Made by a program: the position numbers and the translations under genes. From Methanobacteriota archaeon (lineage in GTDB: Archaea > Thermoplasmatota > Thermoplasmata > SG8-5 > JAGLSY01), in contig JAEHCO010000001.1 in the NCBI GenBank assembly GCA_020697715.1, positions 98,394 to 162,393 on the forward strand: 64,000 bases of DNA, read 5' to 3'. This document shows, one piece after another, positions 44,840 to 54,364 of this stretch. The notes beneath the pieces are model-generated. The model was not told the DNA's origin and did no database searches. It was given only the letters and a program-made list of their open reading frames with translations. Position 1 is the stretch's first letter. Each line of letters starts with the position of its first letter.

Positions 44840-45732
44840 TAAGATCTCCTCCTTCTGTCATCATTCCTTGGTCCCCTTGGCGGTCTGTCCCCACCTTCTT
44901 GAGAAAAGTCACCACTGGCCTTCTTATCTGCTATTTCCTTGGCCTTCTTCTTGATGAGCTCATCCTCTTTCTTTTTCTTTTCCTGGATGATATGATTGTA
45001 CTCTTCAGGTGATGTGTCCAGATAGATAGGTTTCACAGGTCCGGTTATTATGTGGAGCTGCTCGGCTTGCTTAGGTGTGACCTTTACCATTGTCGTATTC
45101 TGCATGGCGTAGAAAGATGCGAAACTGTAATTGACAGTTGTCTTACTGTGGCCCTTTGACAAACCCCAAGCATCTGATATTCCGGCCAAGCGGAGGACAT
45201 GCTTTGGTATATTACCAACAGCGAGACCCACTCCTTGTGGAGCTGGCTTGAAGGTCGCTACAACAGATCCTGCCTTACCAGAGACCGCGAATGGAATGGT
45301 ATGTGAATTTCCACATCCGCATTCCCATGAACCGCAACCTCTCTTTATCTCTACAAGGTTGAGTTTGGCATTGTCTATGGCCTTTCTGATAGATGGTCCG
45401 ACCTCTTTACCTTTGAAACGTCCCATACCGACAAAACCATCTCCATTGCCGACAACAGCAGTTATGGCAAATCTGACACGACGTCCAGAATCGGTCATCC
45501 TCTGGACCATGTTCACATCAAGGACCTCATCGTCCATCTCCGGTAGGAGAATATCCACGATCTCGGCTTCTTTCAATACATGCCTTGATCTTAGAGCTTC
45601 GCTCATGCTAGTTATCTCTCCTTCATATACGAGCTTTCCCAATGTGGTCTTTGGTACCCAGTCCAATGCCGGGTTCACTTCTTCTCTTTGAGGTCTTCCT
45701 CTGTTTCCAGCGGGTCTTCTTCCTCCTACCAT
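44839..45732 (-). CDS. rps5: 30S ribosomal protein uS5
   Basis: GNGDGFVGMGRFKGKEVGPSIRKAI... core, with an R/G-rich N-terminus and a K/E-rich C-tail. Confidence 0.85.
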   Translation of the reverse strand: MVGGRRPAGNRGRPQREEVNPALDWVPKTTLGKLVYEGEITSMSEALRSRHVLKEAEIVDILLPEMDDEVLDVNMVQRMTDSGRRVRFAITAVVGNGDGFVGMGRFKGKEVGPSIRKAIDNAKLNLVEIKRGCGSWECGCGNSHTIPFAVSGKAGSVVATFKPAPQGVGLAVGNIPKHVLRLAGISDAWGLSKGHSKTTVNYSFASFYAMQNTTMVKVTPKQAEQLHIITGPVKPIYLDTSPEEYNHIIQEKKKKEDELIKKKAKEIADKKASGDFSQEGGDRPPRGPRNDDRRRRS

Positions 45733-46235
45733 TATTCACCACCCCTGATTTTACTTGATACTGCTTCAAACATTTTAGGGACATCATCTCCGAGGTTTTC
45801 ACCTTTTATTCGAGATTCGTCCGGTAATATACTTGGATCATGTGGTATATCTAAACCTGCATCCAAAAGACCTTTGAGAGTTGCGTAGACCTTGCTACCC
45901 CTGATAGGTGCGTGTAGGCCAATATCCAAAACTGCTTTATCGATCTTTTTCTCGACTGCTCTTGTACCAGCCAAAAGTCCTACTAAGTAAGCGGATGATG
46001 TATTAGATGTAGCTCTTGTCCAGCCCATTTTCTTCAATTCGATCGTATTGGCTGCTACCAATATGATATCTCCCTTTGGGTCATAGTCGATCAATTGAAC
46101 TGTGATATGTTTGGAAGATGCTCTGACCACACCTCTTGGGAGATGAGACCTAAGGAGGCTCTTTCTAGCCCTGTAATCGGTCTTGCCCTCACGTCTTCTG
46201 GCGAAATGCACCCTGTATCTCGGTCCGGTTGCCAT
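45732..46235 (-). CDS. rpl18: 50S ribosomal protein uL18
   Basis: RVHFARRREGKTDYRARKSLL N-terminus and cluster position. Confidence 0.85.
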   Translation of the reverse strand: MATGPRYRVHFARRREGKTDYRARKSLLRSHLPRGVVRASSKHITVQLIDYDPKGDIILVAANTIELKKMGWTRATSNTSSAYLVGLLAGTRAVEKKIDKAVLDIGLHAPIRGSKVYATLKGLLDAGLDIPHDPSILPDESRIKGENLGDDVPKMFEAVSSKIRGGE

Positions 46236-46690
46236 TATTGTTCCTCCTTTAATACACCATGGATCTTCATCTGAGTTTCCAAGTGGGCTCTGTTCTTGAA
46301 CATTCCGCCCTTGGCCTGACGATAGTATTTCCTATAGGTCTTGGTATCGATCGTGCCCTCATCTCTCAGTTCCTTTAGCCTCGCTCTCAGGATCCTGATT
46401 TTTTTCATCCATACTTTCTTCTTTGGGGTTCTGGCGCCTTTTGCACCTTTTCTGCTACCTTGTCCCCTTTGCCTGCCTTTGGCTTTCTGGCTGGCCTGGT
46501 GCTTCTTCCTGCCGGTTGAAATACCAGTCTTCTGAACTGCCTTGATGGCTCCAGCATTTATCATCACACGGACATTGGAACGTGTGATGGCACTGGCTAC
46601 ATCTTCCACCCTGTTCGGGTCTATCCATATTCGGTTCTCACCGCATTTAAGGATCTCAGCAGCCATTCTTCTCTGATTTTTCAAATGCAT
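46235..46690 (-). CDS. rpl19e: 50S ribosomal protein eL19
   Basis: MHLKNQRRMAAEILKCGENRIWIDPNRVEDVA... consensus. Confidence 0.85.
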   Translation of the reverse strand: MHLKNQRRMAAEILKCGENRIWIDPNRVEDVASAITRSNVRVMINAGAIKAVQKTGISTGRKKHQASQKAKGRQRGQGSRKGAKGARTPKKKVWMKKIRILRARLKELRDEGTIDTKTYRKYYRQAKGGMFKNRAHLETQMKIHGVLKEEQ

Positions 46691-46691
46691 A

Positions 46692-47186
46692 TCATTGCCC
46701 CCTGTTCAATATTCTGAGGTTCAATTCCTTGGCTTTCTTTTCGATATCCCCTCTCTTTCGTGTTCCAACAGTATGGGCTATTCTAACTGCCTGCTTCTTT
46801 GGGTCCAGCTTGTCCAATTCTTTAGGATTGTGAATTAGAACATCCTCGAATCCAGATGGATGTCTGCCTCGAACGGACTTTGGTCCTCTGTAACCCTTGG
46901 ATGGCATATTGGGGCGGTATTTGTAGTTCCTTCTCATCTTGGAAGATATACCGACCGACCTTCTCCAGGCAATTCCCAGTCTCTTATATCTGAACCATTC
47001 CTGTCTTCTGAACCTGGGTCTTTTATCATCTATGTTCGCTCTGAGGTTCAATGCTTTGATCTCTTCCTTGGAAAGCTCTGGCTTCAATTTAACGACGTAA
47101 CCCACTTCTTCTTCCTCTTCGTCGACTATTTCTATCTTCTCATCATCGACTGGGTTCTCTTCATTTTTCTTGATCTTCTCGGCCAT
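46692..47186 (-). CDS. rpl32e: 50S ribosomal protein eL32 with acidic N-terminal extension
   Basis: RRQEWFRYKRLG.AWRRS.GI.SKMRRN core and cluster position. Confidence 0.8.
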   Translation of the reverse strand: MAEKIKKNEENPVDDEKIEIVDEEEEEVGYVVKLKPELSKEEIKALNLRANIDDKRPRFRRQEWFRYKRLGIAWRRSVGISSKMRRNYKYRPNMPSKGYRGPKSVRGRHPSGFEDVLIHNPKELDKLDPKKQAVRIAHTVGTRKRGDIEKKAKELNLRILNRGQ

Positions 47187-47728
47187 TAAATCCCTCCTTT
47201 CTGTATTATGTAGATACCATCCTGGAATACTCTAGGATCGTATCCTTTGATCTTTGTAGCCTTTTCAATATTGGCTGCTGTTTGGCCAACATGTTCTTTG
47301 TTTGGCCCACTAAGAACAACCTCATCGCCCTTGGAGACGACTTTTGTTTCTCCAATGATCTTGGCCTTCCGAGCGAATTTCTCTCCGACGAAATTATCAA
47401 TAACGAAGATGTCGCCTTTCACAGTCACCTTTACAGGGAAATGAGAGTAAACTATCTTCATCTTGTATTCGAATCCGGTTGTCACACCTATTATCATATT
47501 ATTGATATGAGCTGCGAATGTTCCCAAAAGTGCATTCTCCGCCCTTCGAGGGAATTCACAAGAAAGAATTACCTTGTCGCCTACCACTTTTGATTCGATT
47601 CTCACGTGATTCAGGTCCCTGGATTGCTCTTTCTTCTTACCCTTGACCGTGACATTACCATTATTGATCGTGACCGTAACACCCTCGGGTATCTGGATCT
47701 CCTTTTCTGATTTTCCTGATATTGGCAT
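47186..47728 (-). CDS. rpl6: 50S ribosomal protein uL6
   Basis: Two-domain uL6 sequence and cluster position. Confidence 0.85.
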   Translation of the reverse strand: MPISGKSEKEIQIPEGVTVTINNGNVTVKGKKKEQSRDLNHVRIESKVVGDKVILSCEFPRRAENALLGTFAAHINNMIIGVTTGFEYKMKIVYSHFPVKVTVKGDIFVIDNFVGEKFARKAKIIGETKVVSKGDEVVLSGPNKEHVGQTAANIEKATKIKGYDPRVFQDGIYIIQKGGI

Positions 47729-47739
47729 CTCAAATCACC

Positions 47740-48129
47740 TCAATATACATATGCAAGTAATCTGCCACCGACACCGAGGCTTCTAGCCTGGGTGTGTGTG
47801 ATCACGCCTTCCGTTGTGGTAAGGATCAGAACACCAAAGTCCTGAGCCGGGAGGTATCTGGATTCAAAGTTCTCCAGTTCGGTCTTTCTCACGCTAAATC
47901 TTGGTTTGATTACTCCGCACTTGTTTATATTGCCGTTCAAAGTTACCATGAACTGCCCGGACCTTCCGTCATCAAGGTATTCGAATTCCTTGATGTAACC
48001 ATTGTCCTGCATGGTCTTCAACACTCTTCCAATAAGTTTGGAAGACGGTTTCACTAGGCATTGTCTCTTACCTACTTTCTCGGCATTGTTTATCTGTGAC
48101 ATCGCATCATTCAAAGGATCATGTTGCAT
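47740..48129 (-). CDS. rps8: 30S ribosomal protein uS8
   Basis: [32 protein letters not shown]... consensus, with a GGAGGA SD upstream. Confidence 0.85.
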   Translation of the reverse strand: MQHDPLNDAMSQINNAEKVGKRQCLVKPSSKLIGRVLKTMQDNGYIKEFEYLDDGRSGQFMVTLNGNINKCGVIKPRFSVRKTELENFESRYLPAQDFGVLILTTTEGVITHTQARSLGVGGRLLAYVY

Positions 48130-48140
48130 ACTTCTTCCTC

Positions 48141-48287
48141 CTATGAATATTTCTTAAAGCCCAGGTCTGGCGCCAGTTCCCTGAAGCACTGCCTGCAAAG
48201 CCTGATATCGTATCTGCGGATCATACCGCGCTTTCGACCACATCTAAGGCATCCTTCCTTCCTTCCAAAATTCTTTGTTGGCTTCAA
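48141..48287 (-). CDS. rps14: 30S ribosomal protein uS14 (type Z, zinc-binding), TTG start overlapping the uL5 stop
   Basis: Not in the ORF track (48 aa). Hand translation (L/M)[47 protein letters not shown] has CxxC...CxxC. It sits where S14 is expected, between L5 and S8. There is no in-frame ATG, and the TTG shares nucleotides with the uL5 TGA. Confidence 0.6.
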   Translation of the reverse strand: MKPTKNFGRKEGCLRCGRKRGMIRRYDIRLCRQCFRELAPDLGFKKYS

Positions 48288-48799
48288 GATATCACCTCGA
48301 CCTTGAACTTGTTCTTAACAAAGTTCTTGCCTTCTTCTTGACTCACTCTCTGCTTGACAGGCAGACGTCTTGGCTGCCTCCTTCTCGATATTATCCTCTT
48401 TCCCTGCCTGGAGAGGGTCACCGATACGTCAAGTCCGAATATTCCTATGTTTGGGTCATATTTCATACCCTCGAAATCTGTATAATCGGATACTCCAAAT
48501 GAGAAATTACCTTCTTTGTCGAAGGAATAGTCAGCGATTCTGTTCTCTTTGACCCAGAAAGCCCTTTTGATGAAGTCCTCGGCTTCTTCTCCACGAAGTG
48601 TGACCTTACATCCGATCGGCATTCCTTCCCTCAATCCAAGATCCTTGTTAGTGGTCCTGGATATTGTTCTGACCGATTTCCTCTTGGTGAGCATTCCCAT
48701 CACTTTCTCTGCCTTCATGAGCTTTTCACCACCTTCACCAACACCCATGTTGATGACGGCTTTTTCAACTTTTATCATCCTTGATTTACCACTGCTCAT
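48284..48799 (-). CDS. rpl5: 50S ribosomal protein uL5
   Basis: uL5 consensus ([12 protein letters not shown]...) and cluster position. Confidence 0.85.
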   Translation of the reverse strand: MSSGKSRMIKVEKAVINMGVGEGGEKLMKAEKVMGMLTKRKSVRTISRTTNKDLGLREGMPIGCKVTLRGEEAEDFIKRAFWVKENRIADYSFDKEGNFSFGVSDYTDFEGMKYDPNIGIFGLDVSVTLSRQGKRIISRRRQPRRLPVKQRVSQEEGKNFVKNKFKVEVIS

Positions 48800-49521
48800 T
48801 CTCTCACCGCCTCTGGTATTGACATGGACTGAGTCTTCTCACCTATAGCGAAGACATATGGCTTGATGGTCGAAAATCCCTCTTTGAACTTCAACAGGTT
48901 GGGTTTTGGATTCCTTGTTGCCTCATAGCTCTCTATCTCGCAGATCTGGCCAATATGACCTCCGCCTATGAGATAGACCTTGTTGCCTGGTTTCATATCA
49001 TATGATTCCAAGATCTTCTGGGAAGGTAATTCGATCTTCAGAACAGTGCCAGTGGAATACTGGTTCTTGTCCAAGATTATGTTCCTTCCATCATGAAGAT
49101 TGAGCTGAACCTTGCCTTTCTTCAAAGAGGTCTTGTTCTCGATCCTGGAAAGTTTCCATTTGGCCTCATCTTTCGATATGCGCATTGTCTGGAACTTACC
49201 ATTATTGTCTATCAATAATCTGAAATATTCCTTGGTTTCAGGAATGGATATAACGTCCATAAGACCAACTGGGATCTTATAATCCCTTGCTGGTTTACCA
49301 TCGATCAATATCTTTCTCTCACCGATTATCCTTCTTGCCTCACGGGATGTGTCACAGCATTTGATCATGTCCCTAAGAAGAACTACCAATGGAACGCTCC
49401 TCTGTATCGGGTGGGCTCCTGGTGATGCTTTAGCGATCCACACTATCCCCTTCCTTGGAACTGGGATAATCGTTGGTGTGGTCAATCTCTTCATATGTTT
49501 GCTCATTCTAGATCCCTCCAT
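48796..49521 (-). CDS. rps4e: 30S ribosomal protein eS4
   Basis: eS4 consensus (..HMKRL..P...P.K...W...A.PG.H) and cluster position. Confidence 0.85.
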   Translation of the reverse strand: MEGSRMSKHMKRLTTPTIIPVPRKGIVWIAKASPGAHPIQRSVPLVVLLRDMIKCCDTSREARRIIGERKILIDGKPARDYKIPVGLMDVISIPETKEYFRLLIDNNGKFQTMRISKDEAKWKLSRIENKTSLKKGKVQLNLHDGRNIILDKNQYSTGTVLKIELPSQKILESYDMKPGNKVYLIGGGHIGQICEIESYEATRNPKPNLLKFKEGFSTIKPYVFAIGEKTQSMSIPEAVRE

Positions 49522-49897
49522 TCACTTTGGCCTCGAAATCCTCAAGCTTGGCCTTTCTCATTGGATCGGAAAGGTTCAACTTAACTATCAATAAATTAGA
49601 TGGATGGATTTTTTTACTGACCTCTGATGCATCGGCTTTTTTGATATTGATACCCTCGAGAGAAACTTTCATTTCTTTCGTAAGTATCGTTACAACCTCG
49701 GCTTCCTTGTCCTTTATTTCGGCATCGCCACGCATTATCCTGACAATATCGCCTTTGACGACAGGGATGCTCCTGATGCCATACTTCTTACGCAATTCCT
49801 CTGAAAGGTGAGAGGTTATGAATTTCCTCTTCTGGTGGAGAGGGGCATTGTACAGAGCCTTTCTCTGTGATCTTGCATGTTTACTTGTTGTGCTCAT
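49508..49897 (-). CDS. rpl24: 50S ribosomal protein uL24
   Basis: KOW-domain sequence VVKGDIVRIMRGD and cluster position. Confidence 0.85.
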   Translation of the reverse strand: MSTTSKHARSQRKALYNAPLHQKRKFITSHLSEELRKKYGIRSIPVVKGDIVRIMRGDAEIKDKEAEVVTILTKEMKVSLEGINIKKADASEVSKKIHPSNLLIVKLNLSDPMRKAKLEDFEAKVNGGI

Positions 49898-49906
49898 AGA
49901 AATCCC

Positions 49907-50305
49907 TCACACTATTGTTGAAGCAGTGGCCGCTATCCTTGGCCATCTCTCTGCTGCCTCTCTAGCTACAGGGCCCTTGATATCGGATCCCTTGGTCTCT
50001 CCTGTCTCTGTCATGATCACACAGGCATTGTCATCGAACTGGACCATTGTACCATCTGGTCTTCTGAATGGTCTTCTCTGTCTAACGATGACAGCCCTTA
50101 GTATCTGCCTTCTCATCTCTGGTGTGCCTTTCTTGACACTGACGACTAATATATCACCGACTCCAGCGGAGGGATAACGCCTGTGAGTACCGTGATATTT
50201 TGGAACAGCAATGATCTCGACTATCTTCGCACCAGTATTATCGACACAATTCAATCGAGCTCCATTTGGAAGACCTCTCATCTGCTTACCTGGTATGCCC
50301 TTCAT
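49907..50305 (-). CDS. rpl14: 50S ribosomal protein uL14
   Basis: [17 protein letters not shown] consensus. Confidence 0.9.
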   Translation of the reverse strand: MKGIPGKQMRGLPNGARLNCVDNTGAKIVEIIAVPKYHGTHRRYPSAGVGDILVVSVKKGTPEMRRQILRAVIVRQRRPFRRPDGTMVQFDDNACVIMTETGETKGSDIKGPVAREAAERWPRIAATASTIV

Positions 50306-50721
50306 TTGCTCCCTCCATCAATGTTCTCGATAATGACATACGAAATATTCTTGCTCAAAGGCCTACATTCCATGATCTTAACATGATCACCAGTTGTGAC
50401 CCCGAGACATGGTGGATTATGAACCATATATTTGCCTGAGCGTTTCTCGAACCTCTCGTATTTCTCGATCTTTCTCTGGTACTCCCTTCTGACAACCGCA
50501 GAATTCTGCATCTTGTCAGAGACCACGATACCATCCAGTATCTGTCCCCTGACACTCAATGTTCCGTGGAACGGGCAGAACTGGTCATCGCAGGTCTTTG
50601 TCGGTAGCTTCACATCTATACCAATATCCAGCTTCTTTTTAGCTATCTTAGGTTTGCTGGCCTTCGTGGTCTTTTTGCTTGCTGTCTTTTTTGTTGTCGT
50701 CTTTGCTTTGGATTCAGCCAA
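50302..50721 (-). CDS. rps17: 30S ribosomal protein uS17 with Lys/Thr-rich N-terminal extension
   Basis: OB-fold core ...[23 protein letters not shown]... preceded by a ~30-aa [11 protein letters not shown] tail. Confidence 0.85.
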   Translation of the reverse strand: MAESKAKTTTKKTASKKTTKASKPKIAKKKLDIGIDVKLPTKTCDDQFCPFHGTLSVRGQILDGIVVSDKMQNSAVVRREYQRKIEKYERFEKRSGKYMVHNPPCLGVTTGDHVKIMECRPLSKNISYVIIENIDGGSK

Positions 50722-50774
50722 ATTAATCCCTCCTTTGGCTATATACTAATATATTGAATTGTAAGATTATCATA

Positions 50775-51047
50775 TTACATCACCCTCTTCACTTTCTTGG
50801 TGCGATCCTCGGGTCGGAAGCTTATTTGATCCCCATTCATTCTGATCTTGCTGTCATCCAGCAGGAAATCAAAATAATGGCCATGTTTAGCTATTCGGTT
50901 GTCTCTGCCCTGGGTCTCGAGGACAAAGGTGTTCTTTGTCTCATCGACCACCCGTCCCTCATTTGCCAATTCCATTGAACTGGCCCTGTAGACCTGGACA
51001 TTGAGCCCGATCAGCTCATGGTTACCGAGATTCTTCGCATTCCTCAT
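50775..51047 (-). CDS. rnp1: RNase P protein component 1 (Rpp29/Pop4)
   Basis: LIGLNVQVYRASSMELANEGRVVDETKNTFVLET fits the Rpp29 Sm-like fold. In the usual place between L29/SUI1 and S17. Confidence 0.75.
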   Translation of the reverse strand: MRNAKNLGNHELIGLNVQVYRASSMELANEGRVVDETKNTFVLETQGRDNRIAKHGHYFDFLLDDSKIRMNGDQISFRPEDRTKKVKRVM

Positions 51048-51050
51048 TTA

Positions 51051-51350
51051 TTATCCCTCATCAACAGTGAAGCCCATTCCTTCGAGAGTTGCCTTCACTT
51101 TCTTTTTATGATCGCCCTGGAGCTCGATCTTTCCATCCTTTATGGTTCCTCCAGCCGCACACTTAGTCTTAAGCACCCTGGCCAAGTCATCGATATCGAT
51201 GTCCCCGCTGTCTATGCCTTCAACTATGGTCACGAACTTACCATATCTTCTACGATCTGTAAGGAGTCTGATCTGCTGCTGTTCTCTGGCTATCTCCTCG
51301 CACATGCAGAGTTCTTCTGGGAGCCCACAGGTTGAACACACGCCAGCCAT
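51051..51350 (-). CDS. translation initiation factor aSUI1/eIF1
   Basis: [13 protein letters not shown] zinc-ribbon-like N-terminus plus the SUI1 domain (..[11 protein letters not shown]...KCAAGGT.K...IELQGDH). Confidence 0.85.
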   Translation of the reverse strand: MAGVCSTCGLPEELCMCEEIAREQQQIRLLTDRRRYGKFVTIVEGIDSGDIDIDDLARVLKTKCAAGGTIKDGKIELQGDHKKKVKATLEGMGFTVDEG

Positions 51351-51550
51351 TATTGCTTAGCCTCCTTATTTATGGTCATTATTCGAGCGATGTTCTTTCT
51401 GATAGCCCTGATCTTTCCTGGACTGGCTGGAGCACCACCCATGGCAGCTACTCCTCGCTCATGCATCAGATCGGCCTTCAGACGTTTCAGCCTCTCATCC
51501 CTCTCTTCTTGACTCAATTCTCTGAGTTCATTGGTCCTAAGAAGTGCCAT
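51350..51550 (-). CDS. rpl29: 50S ribosomal protein uL29
   Basis: [20 protein letters not shown] consensus. Confidence 0.8.
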   Translation of the reverse strand: MALLRTNELRELSQEERDERLKRLKADLMHERGVAAMGGAPASPGKIRAIRKNIARIMTINKEAKQ

Positions 51551-52431
51551 TAATCACCCTCCTTTGGTTTCTCTTCGGCCTTTGGTTTTGGTTCTTCAGT
51601 AGGTGCGGCCTTGGGTTCCTCTGCAGGCTTTGGTTCTTTTACAGCAGGAGCTGGCTTTTCTTCAACCTTCTCTTTGGCATCAGCCTTCTTCTTTTCAGCC
51701 TTAGCAGCCTTCTTTTCAGCCCTCTTTCCTTTCTTCTCTGTTTTCTCAGGCTTCACGTCCTCTACTGGTTTCTCAGCAGGGACATCTGCAGGCTCTGATG
51801 GCTTCGCTTCAGGTTCTACTTGAGCAGCGAGGGCACTGGGTTTGATAACACTGACCTCGTCTGGTAATCTTGCATTTGGATGCATGATCTGGACCTTCAC
51901 TCCTATAACGCCAGCCTTAAGCTTGGCAACTGAAAATCCTTCTTCCATCCATTTGATCTTTGGATCTCCACAGAACTTGATGTGGCCTTCTTTGAACTTT
52001 TCCATTCTGTGTCTGTTACCAGTGAGCTTACCAGATATAATGATCTGACAGCCTCTGGCTTTGGCGCCCATGATCCTTCTCACGGTGGAGTGGCCAGCCC
52101 TTCTGAAATGCCAGCCTCTTTCCAGAGCTGCTGCGAGCTTCTCGGCCATTATTTGAGCATTGAGATTTGGATTCTTGACCTCTATGACCTCGATCTGTGG
52201 CTTGTCGAACTTGAATTTGAATTCAACAGCCTCGGTCAACATCTTGATTGTGGACCCTCTTCGTCCAATGACCAGACCAGGCCTCTCGGTCAATAATGTC
52301 ACTCTGGTTCCCATGGGGGTCCTTTGAATGTCAATGCCTCCGAATCCAGCCCTTTTGACCTCTTTCATGAAGTACTCTTTCAACAGAACACGTCTAATGT
52401 TCTCCGTCACAAACTTTCTTTCTCCGGCCAA
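51550..52431 (-). CDS. rps3: 30S ribosomal protein uS3 with ~90-aa K/E/P/A-rich C-terminal extension
   Basis: KH-domain uS3 core then EKPVEDVKPEKTEKKGKRAEKKAAKAEKKKADAKEK... Confidence 0.85.
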   Translation of the reverse strand: MAGERKFVTENIRRVLLKEYFMKEVKRAGFGGIDIQRTPMGTRVTLLTERPGLVIGRRGSTIKMLTEAVEFKFKFDKPQIEVIEVKNPNLNAQIMAEKLAAALERGWHFRRAGHSTVRRIMGAKARGCQIIISGKLTGNRHRMEKFKEGHIKFCGDPKIKWMEEGFSVAKLKAGVIGVKVQIMHPNARLPDEVSVIKPSALAAQVEPEAKPSEPADVPAEKPVEDVKPEKTEKKGKRAEKKAAKAEKKKADAKEKVEEKPAPAVKEPKPAEEPKAAPTEEPKPKAEEKPKEGD

Positions 52432-52433
52432 GT

Positions 52434-52892
52434 TCAGTCCTCCATGATCTCTAATATAATCTCTACATTCGTGGTCTCTTCATTGAAAGGTGTCGCTCTT
52501 CCATGAGCTCTCTGTATCCAGCCAGGAAGTATTCGGCCTTTGTAAGCTGCAGCTGTGGATATCCTTAGCTCGTCCATGTCTGGATGGCCTAATTCATCTC
52601 TGTGTTCTGCATTTGCGACCGCAGCCTCTATGACCTTCAATATCTGTTTGGAAGCTTTGACCGGATATCTTCCGCCAGCTCCCTCTTTCCTGTGAGGCAC
52701 ACATTTATTGTACCTCTTGTATGGAATGGACCTTTTCAAAATGATGACATCTTCGAGAAGCTCGATAGCGTCCTCGACCACCATTCCTCTGATCCTTCTG
52801 CATATCTCATTTGATGCTCTTGGAGATATCTTCAGTTCCTTTCCGTAAGCCCTTGCCATTGTTTCCTTATTGTAATGTCCGCTGTATCCCAT
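52434..52892 (-). CDS. rpl22: 50S ribosomal protein uL22
   Basis: uL22 consensus and cluster position. Confidence 0.85.
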   Translation of the reverse strand: MGYSGHYNKETMARAYGKELKISPRASNEICRRIRGMVVEDAIELLEDVIILKRSIPYKRYNKCVPHRKEGAGGRYPVKASKQILKVIEAAVANAEHRDELGHPDMDELRISTAAAYKGRILPGWIQRAHGRATPFNEETTNVEIILEIMED

Positions 52893-52901
52893 TTTCTCAC
52901 C

Positions 52902-53366
52902 TCACTTCAATGGCATGAACTTGGATGATTTGGTAGCACCCACACCTGGTCCTGAATGTTTGACAGAGTTTCTGGTCAATGAATATTCACCGAGGTAATG
53001 ACCTATCATTTCTGGCCTTATCTCGACTTCTTTGTAATCTTTTCCATTGTATATGGCGATCGTCTTTCCTACGAAAGAAGGTAGGATCACGATAGCTCTT
53101 CTATGTGTTCTTACGGGCTTATTTGAGCTCATCAATCGGTCTATGAAGGCCTGCTCTTCAGTGTTGAGGCCACGACCATATGAGCGTCTTGCTCTTGCAG
53201 GTAGAAGCGGCAGAACCTCATCCAAGGTCATTTTTTGGAGCTCTTCAAGGGTGAAGCCACGGAATGTGAACTCCTTCTTACGCCTTGCCGCTATTGCTCC
53301 CTTCTTCTTCCTCGCCTTTCTCCTTGCTGCTTTGGGCGTGCTTCCACGGACTACTTTCCTAGCCAT
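52902..53366 (-). CDS. rps19: 30S ribosomal protein uS19 with basic N-terminal extension
   Basis: FTFRGFTLEEL... GHYLGEYSLTRN..KHSGPG consensus. Confidence 0.85.
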   Translation of the reverse strand: MARKVVRGSTPKAARRKARKKKGAIAARRKKEFTFRGFTLEELQKMTLDEVLPLLPARARRSYGRGLNTEEQAFIDRLMSSNKPVRTHRRAIVILPSFVGKTIAIYNGKDYKEVEIRPEMIGHYLGEYSLTRNSVKHSGPGVGATKSSKFMPLK

Positions 53367-53368
53367 AT

Positions 53369-54070
53369 CTACTTCCTCCTGCTCTTCTTCTTAGGTGCAA
53401 TATTTCCAACTTTTCTTCCAGGTGGAGCATGCCTTGATACCGAGCTTTGCGTACCGACATGAGGATGATTTCCTCCACCATGAGGGTGGTTTACCGGGTT
53501 CATTGCAAGACCCTTCACCTTGAAGTTTCTCTTTGCAAGACTTCTGTAACAATGATGTGTTTTTCCAGCCTTTGCAAATGGTTTCTCATTACGACCTGAG
53601 CCAGCAACTATGCCGACAGTCGCTCTGCATCTCAAATTGAATGGTTTGAAAACACCAGAGGGCATCTGGATCATGACATCCTTTCCTCTGCTTATGACCA
53701 TACCGGATGTTCCAGCGGTCTTTATGAATTTACCACCATCACCAGGGATCGATTCGATATTGTGTACCATCGTACCCTCTGGGATCTCACCCAATGGAAG
53801 AATGTTGCCAAGCTCGATCTCTGAGCCGGATCCAGCATTGACCGTCTGACCCACTCTCAGGCCTTCAGGTGCAATTATCAATACCTGGCCAGATTCATAC
53901 TTGACCTTGGCCATTGGCGAGCTTCTTCCTGGTGCGTGGAACAGATCGATGACCTTTCCCTCGCCCTTGAGGCCACGCGGGTATGTTGGTTTTCCCTTAT
54001 GCCTGTGGCTTGGTGATCTGTAAGTACTGCTTCCTTTTCCTCTCCTCTGCGGAATTATACGTTTACCCAT
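53369..54070 (-). CDS. rpl2: 50S ribosomal protein uL2
   Basis: uL2 consensus (..GRNN.GRITVRH.GGGHKR..). Confidence 0.9.
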   Translation of the reverse strand: MGKRIIPQRRGKGSSTYRSPSHRHKGKPTYPRGLKGEGKVIDLFHAPGRSSPMAKVKYESGQVLIIAPEGLRVGQTVNAGSGSEIELGNILPLGEIPEGTMVHNIESIPGDGGKFIKTAGTSGMVISRGKDVMIQMPSGVFKPFNLRCRATVGIVAGSGRNEKPFAKAGKTHHCYRSLAKRNFKVKGLAMNPVNHPHGGGNHPHVGTQSSVSRHAPPGRKVGNIAPKKKSRRK

Positions 54071-54081
54071 TTTGACACCAC

Positions 54082-54363
54082 CTAGAATATACCGATCCTC
54101 ATCGCGAGATCCTCAGCCGAATGCTCCGCAGTCAGCTTTATGATGGCATGCTTACCATCCTTTAGGATCCTTGTATTTACCTTTTCCACCTTTACTTCGA
54201 AAAGTTCTTCAAATGCCTTCTTTATCTCTGGTTTTGAAGCCTCTCTGCGAACTATGAACTCGATCCTGTTTCCATCTGTATTGTTTTGAAGGGGTGTACC
54301 CAGAAGGGCATTCATCGTCTTTTCGCTCACATATGGATGCAAAAGTATGTCTCCTTTCATCAA
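54082..54363 (-). CDS. rpl23: 50S ribosomal protein uL23
   Basis: uL23 consensus and cluster position. Confidence 0.85.
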   Translation of the reverse strand: MMKGDILLHPYVSEKTMNALLGTPLQNNTDGNRIEFIVRREASKPEIKKAFEELFEVKVEKVNTRILKDGKHAIIKLTAEHSAEDLAMRIGIF

Positions 54364-54364
54364 T

